In this document: positions 40,779-48,572 of the stretch, piece by piece
How the letters are laid out: every line of letters begins with the position of its first letter
Numbering within the stretch: position 1 is the stretch's first letter
Source of the DNA: Candidatus Xenobium occultum
GTDB lineage: Bacteria; Vulcanimicrobiota; Xenobia; Xenobiales; Xenobiaceae
Direction: 5' to 3'
Length of the DNA: 64,000 nucleotides
NCBI GenBank assembly: GCA_002423485.1
Contig: DIWH01000066.1
Location: forward strand, 70,193 to 134,192
Made by a program: the position numbers and the translations under genes
The notes under the pieces: generated by a model
What the model was told of the DNA's origin: nothing
The model's input: only the letters and a program-made list of their open reading frames with translations
Databases searched by the model: none

Positions 40779-40792
40779 CTGGCGAAAGCGTG

Positions 40793-41203
40793 CTACCTTC
40801 CGGTCTGGTTGTCGGACCATGACGTGACCTCGGCGGATTCTGCCATCCCAGGTGCACGGACCGAGGTCTTCACCTGGAACCTGCCCCCGGACACCATCTG
40901 TCGCAACAGCGCGCTGTTGTCGCCGAAGAAGTCCCGGGCCACCCGGTAGCCGGGCTGGATGAACTGGATGTTGTCCCAGGTCTTGATCTTCTCCCAGCCC
41001 TGGCTCTCGTCGGCGCGGATGAAGAGATCCACGACGACGGGGCCCGGCTGGCGGACCCTGGTCGGGTTCTGCAAGGTCACGCGGACGTTCACCTGGTCAG
41101 ACATCCTCCTCACCAGGACGGACTCGATTCTGGCCTCGGCGCTGACCTTCAGCGGCATGAACACGACCAGCAGCAGCGCTGCTCCAAACAACAATCTCTT
41201 CAT
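40793..41203 (-). CDS. Small secreted hypothetical protein
   Basis: Signal peptide MKRLLFGAALLLVVFMPLKVSA. 136 aa, no recognisable motif. Confidence 0.5.
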   Translation of the reverse strand: MKRLLFGAALLLVVFMPLKVSAEARIESVLVRRMSDQVNVRVTLQNPTRVRQPGPVVVDLFIRADESQGWEKIKTWDNIQFIQPGYRVARDFFGDNSALLRQMVSGGRFQVKTSVRAPGMAESAEVTSWSDNQTGR

Positions 41204-41381
41204 GACAATGGACCTCCTGCCATTTTGACGATAGCAGGGGCCAGTAAGGGGAACCTGTCACGGTACCGCGATCCTGGTTCGGAGTACACCCTCGGGAGGG
41301 CTTTCGGATCCGGCTCTCTGTCGAAGCGTGTGCCGTCGGGCTACACTTTGGATCGAGCACAGGAACGTGGAGGTGGTTCTC

Positions 41382-41816
41382 ATGGCATTGCCAGAGACCG
41401 GTCAGGTCATCGAGAAGAAGGTCGTTTCGACTCCTCAAGGTTCGTCCGAGCGGGTTGAAGTCCGCGCCTCGTCGACCTCGCCGAAGGAGAGGCGACTGGG
41501 TCAGGTCCGGCGCGTGCAGGGTTTCATCTGGTTCGCCTATGCCGTCGTCCTGGTGACGATCCTCTTCCGCTTCGGGTTGCTCCTGTTGGGAGCCAATTCG
41601 AACGCCGGCTTCGCCGGCTTCGTCTACGCGGTGAGCCTTCCCCTCGTGGGGCCCTTCCTGGCCCTCTTCGGGCAGGAGGCGGTCTATGGTCAGAGCCTGC
41701 TGGAGGTCTCGGACCTGGTGGCGGCGCTCCTGTACCTGGTCGTTGCGGCGGGCCTGAGTCGACTGGTCTCGCTGGTGATGGCCCCAAATGACCCCACGGG
41801 CGGGTCCTACGAGTAG
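41382..41816 (+). CDS. YggT-family integral membrane protein
   Basis: QVRRVQGFIWFAYAVVLVTILFRF...VYAVSLPLVGPF..LFG...LLEVSDLVAALLYLVV pattern typical of YggT/Ycf19. Start MALPETG at 41382. Confidence 0.55.
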   Translation: MALPETGQVIEKKVVSTPQGSSERVEVRASSTSPKERRLGQVRRVQGFIWFAYAVVLVTILFRFGLLLLGANSNAGFAGFVYAVSLPLVGPFLALFGQEAVYGQSLLEVSDLVAALLYLVVAAGLSRLVSLVMAPNDPTGGSYE

Positions 41817-41882
41817 GAGGACAAGCCAATTCGCGGCCTTCGCATCGAGCGCGCACACTGCCAGGGGGCACCTGTCCTACGT

Positions 41883-42152
41883 GTGGCCGGGCACGTGGAC
41901 GCTTTGACCAGTGGTCTTCTGGTTGAGAACCTGGAGCGACTGGCCGCCGGACCGACGCGGATCGGGCTGGACCTGTCCGGCGTCGACTTCATCGACACGG
42001 CCAGCGCGGCACTCCTGGCCTCCATCCGTGAGCGCCTGGCGCAGGAGGGTTGCCTGCTCGAGGTCTGGGAGGTCTCCCCGCAGGTCCGGGACGTCTTCCT
42101 CGCGCTGGGAATGACGACCCTCCTCTCCCGCAGCGATCGCGATGTCCCGTAG
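41883..42152 (+). CDS. STAS-domain anti-sigma-factor antagonist (SpoIIAA-like)
   Basis: ...VAGHVDALTSGLLVENLERL...GLDLSGVDFIDTASAALLASIRERL..GCLLEVWEVSPQVRDVFLALGMT is the STAS/anti-anti-sigma pattern. The true start may lie slightly upstream (non-ATG). Confidence 0.7.
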   Translation: MAGHVDALTSGLLVENLERLAAGPTRIGLDLSGVDFIDTASAALLASIRERLAQEGCLLEVWEVSPQVRDVFLALGMTTLLSRSDRDVP

Positions 42153-42196
42153 GAATCCTCCTTTCGGCCACGAAACCCATTGCTGCAAGGGGGAAA

Positions 42197-44011
42197 ATGC
42201 TTCGGAAGATCCTGCACCCCGACCAGCCGGTCGGTGCCCCGGGGGCATCCGGGCCGACGCATCCTCTGCTCGAGACGCTCCGGACCGTGCTCACCGGAGC
42301 GCACGGGGCTGCCCTGTGCCTGCTGGATGCCCATGGTCGGGTGGTCGCCCTCAGCCCGGAGGCCGAGATCATGGCGGAGCCCGGGGGTCTACCACCCCCA
42401 GCCATGACGCCGGCCTTGACCGAGTCGGAGTGGCAAGGGTGGTTGCAGCGACCTGGTGGGGGGCGATTCTGGGCCGGGGTCCGGACCATGGCGCTTTGCG
42501 ATCCGCGGGGGAGCCTGTATGGCTTCTTGCAGACGCTTCAGGACCATACCGGGGCTCGTGCCGCCCGCGAGGAGGACCTGGCCGAGGCCCAGCGGGTCCT
42601 GGATGCCATGCGCCAGGGCGAACGTCTGCTGGTGCGCGCCCGCAGGATGGCCCGGCGCGGCGGGTGGGAGTGGAATGCCCGCACCTGCGAGTTGCACATG
42701 AGTGACGAGTTGCTGGGGATTCTCGGCCGTCCTCCAGACCGGATGGTCTCGTTGGACGACTGGTTTGAACTGGTGCATCCGGAGGATGTCGGCCCGTTTC
42801 GTCAGATCCTGAAGTCCGCGCTGGAAACCGGAGGCGCCTTTCGGGCCCTCGTTCGGATTCAAGGCCCTCACGGCGTGGAACGGCTCCTGCTGTGCGACGG
42901 CGACGCAGAATCGGAGAACGGAGACTTCGAAAAGGGTCTGTTCGGAACCGTCCTGGACATCACCGAGCAGAGCCAGGCCCAGGAAGCCTCGTCCAAGAGC
43001 GAGCGTGACCTGCAGGCTGTCCGCGCCCAGACGGAGGCAATCCTCTACGCGGACTCCGCGATGCGCCTCGTGGAAGCGAACCCCGCCGCCGAGCGTCTCT
43101 TCGGTTTTTCCCTCCAGGAAATGGTCGGCCGTCAGGCGGTGGAGATTCTGGGCCTCCGGGCCTGCGCACCTGCCGACTCGGCAGAACCTCACGCCCTCCG
43201 GGAGCTTGAGTTCCGGTGCAAGGATGGCGGTTCCTTCGTCGGGGAGACCATGCGGATCCTGGTGAACGACGCCTCGGGCCAGATGCTGGGCACCCTCTGG
43301 ATGATCTCCGACGTGTCGGCCCGACGTGCAGCCAGGGAGAGGCTGGCGGAGGCCAGGAGGCGCCTGGCCGCCAGCCGTGAAGCCGAAAGAGGCTGGTTGG
43401 CGCGTCAGTTGCACGACGGGCCGGTGCAGGATCTCCTCGCGCTCAGCTATCAACTGGCCCATGCGGCTGGCCACCCTTCCCAAGAGGCCTCGCAGGTCGA
43501 TGAGGTGCGAAGCCAGGTCCTGGAGGTGGTCGGTCGCTTGCGGAACCTGATCGGGGAGCTTCGTCCCCCCGGCCTGGTAGAGTTCGGTCTCGAGGCGGCC
43601 TTGGAGGGCCTGGTTCGTCGCCTGGAGGACTCTGACGGCCCCGTCCTGCCTCGCTTCGAGCTGGACCTGTGCGGCCGCCTCGATCTGCCGGACTCGACGG
43701 CCGTCTGCCTGTTCCGGACGGCCCAGGAGGCTCTCCAGAACGTGATCAAGCATGCCAGGGCCCGGACGGTGCGCGTGCGGATGAGGCCGGTCGGGAGCCG
43801 GGTCGAGTTGACGGTCCGGGACGACGGCTGCGGATTCCAGGTCCCGGAGTGCCTCCAGGAACTGGCGCGTGACCGGCATTTCGGGCTTGTGGGACTGGTC
43901 GAGAGGGCTGAACTTGCCCAAGGAACCCTGGACGTCCGCTCCGAGCCGGGACATGGCACGGAGTTGCGTCTCTCTCTTCCCCTGACCGTGGAGCCCGACG
44001 CCGATGACTGA
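42197..44011 (+). CDS. PAS-domain sensor histidine kinase, NarL-family (HisKA_3 + HATPase_c), cytoplasmic
   Basis: Three PAS-like segments. H-box RGWLARQLHDGPVQDLLAL (HisKA_3). N/G-box region ...DDGCGF...GLVGLVERAELAQGTLDVRSEPGHGTEL. No TM segments. Confidence 0.8.
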   Translation: MLRKILHPDQPVGAPGASGPTHPLLETLRTVLTGAHGAALCLLDAHGRVVALSPEAEIMAEPGGLPPPAMTPALTESEWQGWLQRPGGGRFWAGVRTMALCDPRGSLYGFLQTLQDHTGARAAREEDLAEAQRVLDAMRQGERLLVRARRMARRGGWEWNARTCELHMSDELLGILGRPPDRMVSLDDWFELVHPEDVGPFRQILKSALETGGAFRALVRIQGPHGVERLLLCDGDAESENGDFEKGLFGTVLDITEQSQAQEASSKSERDLQAVRAQTEAILYADSAMRLVEANPAAERLFGFSLQEMVGRQAVEILGLRACAPADSAEPHALRELEFRCKDGGSFVGETMRILVNDASGQMLGTLWMISDVSARRAARERLAEARRRLAASREAERGWLARQLHDGPVQDLLALSYQLAHAAGHPSQEASQVDEVRSQVLEVVGRLRNLIGELRPPGLVEFGLEAALEGLVRRLEDSDGPVLPRFELDLCGRLDLPDSTAVCLFRTAQEALQNVIKHARARTVRVRMRPVGSRVELTVRDDGCGFQVPECLQELARDRHFGLVGLVERAELAQGTLDVRSEPGHGTELRLSLPLTVEPDADD

Positions 44012-44642
44012 GCAGATTCGCGTCGTCCTGGCCGACGACCACCCCTTGATCCTGTCTGGAATCCGCCAGTCTCTGAGCGAGGCCTCCGACATCCTGATTC
44101 TCGGCGAGGCGGGCGACACCAACCAGGCCCTGGAGATCTGCGAGGCCGAGCATCCCGACGTGTTGGTGCTGGACCTCAGCATGCCCGGCCCCTCGTCCAC
44201 CGAGGTCGTCCGGCGACTGGGCGAGACCAGTCCCGAGACCCGGGTCCTGGTCCTGACCGCCCATTCCGACGAGACCCACGTCCGTCAGATGATGCGGGCC
44301 GGGGTGACCGGATACCTGGTGAAGGATGAGGCCCCCGAGAACATCGCCACGGCCGTGCAGGCCGTCGCCCGAGGGACCCTGTGGATCAGCCGGACCGTCG
44401 CCGCCAACGTCAAGAGGCATCTGGGCGCGCCGGAGGGGGATCTGCACGGGTTGACGCGCCGCGAGCGTCAGGTCCTGGTCCGGCTCTCCCAGGGGATGGA
44501 CAATGCCTCGATCGCCGCCGACCTGAACCTTTCCGAGCAGACAGTTCGGAACTACGTCAGCGAGATTTATTCGCGCCTGGACCTCAAGAGCCGGGCTGAG
44601 GCCATCGTCTGGGCCCGGGAACGCCAGGTCCATGATTTCTGA
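44004..44642 (+). CDS. NarL/LuxR-family response regulator (REC + HTH_LuxR)
   Basis: REC IRVVLADDHPLILSGI...DVLVLDLSMPG. HTH LTRRERQVLVRLSQGMDNASIAADLNLSEQTVRNYVSEIYSRL. ATG overlaps the kinase stop (ATGA). Confidence 0.85.
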   Translation: MTEQIRVVLADDHPLILSGIRQSLSEASDILILGEAGDTNQALEICEAEHPDVLVLDLSMPGPSSTEVVRRLGETSPETRVLVLTAHSDETHVRQMMRAGVTGYLVKDEAPENIATAVQAVARGTLWISRTVAANVKRHLGAPEGDLHGLTRRERQVLVRLSQGMDNASIAADLNLSEQTVRNYVSEIYSRLDLKSRAEAIVWARERQVHDF

Positions 44643-44931
44643 GCGGTTCTGCTGTCCTCCCAGTCCAAGGGCCTGACTGCCTCCTGCCCGAGACTCCCTG
44701 GGCTTCCCGCGTCCACTTCCTCGATTCTGGCAGACCTTCGTCGACCGGCGTGGGCGGAGTTCGGGATGGAGTCTGCGGACCTTGATCCCGGTCTCATGCC
44801 CGGTCTCGGGTACGCCAGTGGGTCGAGTCTCCGGATCCCCGTCTCTGCCGCAAGTCCCACGGGCCAGATAGACTTGAGTCTGGTCGGATGCGGTCCGCCG
44901 CCGCCGGAACCGGATTGTGCCGTCCTGATGG

Positions 44932-45972
44932 ATGGCCACGGAGGGATGCATGATGAAGGACTTCCAAGAGCAAGTACCGGGCGGGCACGGTCACAAGCGG
45001 GGAAGGGCCGTGCTGGCGGGCTTGCTTGTGAGCTTCCTGTTGCTGGGCCTGGTGGGCTACGGCTGTTCCGGCAGCGGAACCGCCCAGGCACTGGCCGACC
45101 CGGCCAACCAACTGCCGCATCACATCAACTGGGGCAGCTACAACCTCTACCGCTACCAGCCTGGGACCGAGGGGGGATGGGTCCGGATTGTCAACCTCGG
45201 CGTCTTGGAGGAGTCGCCCCTGCTGGGTGACCGGCCCGTCCTGATGACCCACGGCTGGGGTGGCAGCATCCGCAACAACCGGATGGCGTCCCTGGCCCAG
45301 GACCTCTTCGATCACGGCCTGGCTTCCAGTGTCTTCGGCTTCGAATACGACTCGCAGGACGGCATCCTCGCCAACGGTGTCTTCTATCGGCAGGCGCTGG
45401 ATTTGCTCAGTTCCTTCGGGCCTGGCGCCCTGAACTGGACGACCATCAGCCACAGCATGGGCGGCCTGGTGGCCCGCGCGGCTCTCCAGGGCGATTCCTT
45501 GCCCATCGCCGCCACCGGAAACCGCTTCATCACGCTGGGCACCCCCCACCTGGGCACTCCGGTGGCCGACGCGGTGCAGGGCGCGGACGCCGCCACGCAG
45601 AGCCTGGTGCTCTTCCACCTCGACCAGGGTGGTTTCATGAACTCCGACGGGAACCCGTCTGAGGTCGACCTGGATTCACAAGGCTTGACCGACCTCCGCA
45701 CGGATTCCGAGTTCCTCGCCAACCTGAATCTCACTATCGGAATCCACCCCCAGGCCCGCTTCTTTACCCTCGCCGGAACGGAGCTCGGCAGCATGGAGCA
45801 GGTGAACATCGCTCTCGGGGTGACCACGGACGACGGCCTGGTGACCCTCGAAAGCGCCAACCCGATCGAAATCGTGGCCGCCGGCTCGGGCACGGCCCCG
45901 GTCACCCACACCGAATTGCCGAGCGACCAGACCACCGTCTTCCCGCTGATCCGACAGTTCATGGTGCAGTAG
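44932..45972 (+). CDS. Alpha/beta-hydrolase lipase-like lipoprotein (GxSxG)
   Basis: Lipoprotein signal LLGLVGYGCSG. THGWGG oxyanion-like region and ISHSMGGLVAR nucleophile elbow. Confidence 0.6.
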   Translation: MATEGCMMKDFQEQVPGGHGHKRGRAVLAGLLVSFLLLGLVGYGCSGSGTAQALADPANQLPHHINWGSYNLYRYQPGTEGGWVRIVNLGVLEESPLLGDRPVLMTHGWGGSIRNNRMASLAQDLFDHGLASSVFGFEYDSQDGILANGVFYRQALDLLSSFGPGALNWTTISHSMGGLVARAALQGDSLPIAATGNRFITLGTPHLGTPVADAVQGADAATQSLVLFHLDQGGFMNSDGNPSEVDLDSQGLTDLRTDSEFLANLNLTIGIHPQARFFTLAGTELGSMEQVNIALGVTTDDGLVTLESANPIEIVAAGSGTAPVTHTELPSDQTTVFPLIRQFMVQ

Positions 45973-46053
45973 TCAAAGGGCTCTCCCAGGGTGCGTGGCT
46001 GTCCACCGACGCAGGACTAACCCCAGCCAAAGGGAACCAAGCGACTCCCCTGG

Positions 46054-47580
46054 ATGGGGAGAAGGACGGAGAACTCCTCCATGATGGCTGGCCACGCACT
46101 CGAGATGGAGCGAAGCTCCATCAAGTTCCTTCCGGACCCGGCCCGGGTCGTGCTGCGTCCCTTCATCCCCGGACAGCCCTGGCGGGTGAAGAACGTCATC
46201 GGGCGGGTCTCGGGCCTGGACGACGAGGCGGTGCAGAAACTGCTGGACCAGGTCCTGGTCGAGTTCGCGGGCCGGCATTCCGACCTGGAGCGGATCCTCG
46301 AATCCCACTGTCAGAGGGTCGAGAAGTTCCTGGAACCGGGATTCGAGCCCGGGTGCCCGCGACGCCTGCTTCTGGGGTCCTACCTCACGGCAGAGTATTC
46401 CCTGGAGTCGGCGGCCCTCTTCAATCCCTCCATGGTGCCCCATCCCTCTCAGGAAGGGGTCTCACCGGGTTCGGTACGCTTCATCATCAGCTTTCGGGCC
46501 ACCGGCGAGGGGCACATCTCCTCGATCGAGTTCCGCAGTGGGATCCTGGATGAACGCGGGGGCGTTTCGGTGGAGCCGACGGGTCGTTACGTCACGACTC
46601 CCGACGTCGAACCGGACCCCTCCTATAACAAGGACCTGTTCCTGTGGAAGCTGCAGGAGATGGGGGTGGAGGACGGCTTCGCCGGAGAGGTCCTGGAGCT
46701 GTTGCCTGAGCCCTTCACCCTGGGCCAGCTCACCCGATCCCTCGAGCGGACGCAGGAGCGGTGGGAGGCTCAGCCCCTGACCCGGCAGCAGGTGCGCAAC
46801 GAGCGCCGGACCCGCGACACCATGCGGTGGCTGGCCGAGGCGAACTACCAGGTCCGCTTCCCGGCTGAGATCCCCCTGGCGGAACGGATCATCTTCCCGG
46901 TCTCCACCAGCGAGAGCAACGGCATCGAGGACGCCAGGTTCGTGAGACTGGCCGACGACGACGGCTCGTTCACCTACTACGCCACCTACACCGCGTACAA
47001 CGGCAAGACCATCCTGCCGAACCTCCTCGAGACCAGGGACTTTCTGACCTTCAGGGTGCGAACCCTGAACGGGCCCGCCGTCCAGAACAAGGGGATGGCC
47101 CTCTTCCCGCGACGGATCGGTGGCCGTTACGCCATGATCTCGCGCCAGGACAACGAGAACCTCTTCCTGATGTTCAGCGACAACCTGCACTTCTGGCACA
47201 CCACCCGGAAGCTGGTTCAGCCCAGGCAGCCCTGGGAATTCATTCAGATGGGAAATTGCGGATCCCCGCTGGAGACTGAGGCCGGATGGGTCGTGCTGAC
47301 GCATGGGGTGGGACCCATGCGCAAATACTGCATCGGGGCGATCCTTCTGGACCTGGAGGATCCCAGTCAGGTGATCGGGCGTCTGGCCGAGCCCCTGCTG
47401 TCACCCGACGAGAGCGAGCGCGAGGGTTACGTGCCCAACGTCGTCTACTCGTGCGGATCCATGGTGCACCAGGGCCGGCTGATCATGCCCTACGCAATGT
47501 CGGACCGGGCCTCCAGCATCGCCACGGTCTCGCTGGATGCCTTGCTGGAGCGCCTGAAGTCCGACACGATCCGTTCGTAG
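46054..47580 (+). CDS. GH130-family glycoside phosphorylase (beta-mannoside phosphorylase-like) with ~190-aa N-terminal extension
   Basis: The C-terminal 320 aa match the GH130/DUF377 five-bladed propeller pattern (DARFVRL..DG.FYATYTAYNG, GMALFPRRIGGRYAMISRQD, GWVVLTHGVGP, YVPNVVYSCG). Confidence 0.65.
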   Translation: MGRRTENSSMMAGHALEMERSSIKFLPDPARVVLRPFIPGQPWRVKNVIGRVSGLDDEAVQKLLDQVLVEFAGRHSDLERILESHCQRVEKFLEPGFEPGCPRRLLLGSYLTAEYSLESAALFNPSMVPHPSQEGVSPGSVRFIISFRATGEGHISSIEFRSGILDERGGVSVEPTGRYVTTPDVEPDPSYNKDLFLWKLQEMGVEDGFAGEVLELLPEPFTLGQLTRSLERTQERWEAQPLTRQQVRNERRTRDTMRWLAEANYQVRFPAEIPLAERIIFPVSTSESNGIEDARFVRLADDDGSFTYYATYTAYNGKTILPNLLETRDFLTFRVRTLNGPAVQNKGMALFPRRIGGRYAMISRQDNENLFLMFSDNLHFWHTTRKLVQPRQPWEFIQMGNCGSPLETEAGWVVLTHGVGPMRKYCIGAILLDLEDPSQVIGRLAEPLLSPDESEREGYVPNVVYSCGSMVHQGRLIMPYAMSDRASSIATVSLDALLERLKSDTIRS

Positions 47581-48572
47581 ACGCGAAGGTAGTCGTCCAC
47601 CATGCGCTCGGCGCTGAAGCGCTCTTCCACTTCCTTTCGGCATCGTTGGCGCGAAATCTCCGGCAGGCGGGCGACGGCGGCAGCCGCTTCGGCCGCCCCC
47701 GTGACCAGGAAACCGGTCTCGCCTGGGCTGATGATCTCCGGCATCGAGCCCAGGGGATAGGCGATCACCGGGGTCCCGGTGGCCATGGCCTCGACGACGG
47801 ACAGGCCGAAGGGCTCGGCAAAGGAGATCGGGTGCAGCAGTGCCTTGGCACTTCCCAGCAGGCGATCCCGTTGTTCCGGGCCGACGCTGCCCTCGTACAC
47901 GACGCGATCGCCGTCGATCCAGGGCAGCACTCGCTCCTGGAAGTAGTCCCGGTCCTGCACGATGCCCGCAATCCGCAGTCGGACGCCAGCCCGGCGAGCG
48001 ATCTCGATGGCCTCGTGCGCCCCCTTGTCCGGGTGGAGGCGGCCCAGGAAGACCAGGTCCTGGCCTGGGCCTTCCTGGAAGGTGAATTGGCCCAGATCGA
48101 TCCCATGGTAGACCGTGGCCAGATAGTCCAACCCCGGGGCGCGGTCGGAATCGCTGATCGAGACGTAGTGCACGCGGCCGTTGTACTTCCGGTAGACGGG
48201 GAGGATCCCGGGCGAGGAGAAGCCGTGGATGGTGGTCACGACGGGGGTGTCCACCAGCCCCGAATAACTGAGGGGAAGGAAGTCGAAGTGGTTGTGGATC
48301 AGGTCGAAGTCCGCCGCGTTCTCGAAGACCTCCGAGAGGTGCAGGCACTCCCAGACCTTGGCATCCAGGGAGGGGTCCTCCTCGTAGCCCACCGGACAGA
48401 CGGCTTGCAGCCTCCCCGCCGTGAGCGAGTCGGCGGTGGCGAACAAGGTGACGTCCACACCGCGTGCCATGAGGCCCTCGGCCAGCAGGGAGACGATCTG
48501 CTCCCACGGCCCGTAGTGGCGCGGAGGCGTGCGCCAGGCGATGGGGGAGACCAAGGCGACGCGCAGGCTCAA
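47490..48572 (-). CDS. GT4-family glycosyltransferase
   Basis: LRVALVSPIAWRTPP..YGPWE (GT4 N-domain) and C-terminal EPFGLSVVEAMATGTPVIA (E-x7-E region). TTG start overlaps the stop of the upstream gene (TTGA). The ORF-track 608-aa entry has a junk N-extension. Confidence 0.75.
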   Translation of the reverse strand: MSLRVALVSPIAWRTPPRHYGPWEQIVSLLAEGLMARGVDVTLFATADSLTAGRLQAVCPVGYEEDPSLDAKVWECLHLSEVFENAADFDLIHNHFDFLPLSYSGLVDTPVVTTIHGFSSPGILPVYRKYNGRVHYVSISDSDRAPGLDYLATVYHGIDLGQFTFQEGPGQDLVFLGRLHPDKGAHEAIEIARRAGVRLRIAGIVQDRDYFQERVLPWIDGDRVVYEGSVGPEQRDRLLGSAKALLHPISFAEPFGLSVVEAMATGTPVIAYPLGSMPEIISPGETGFLVTGAAEAAAAVARLPEISRQRCRKEVEERFSAERMVDDYLRVYERIVSDFRRSSKASSETVAMLEARSDIA

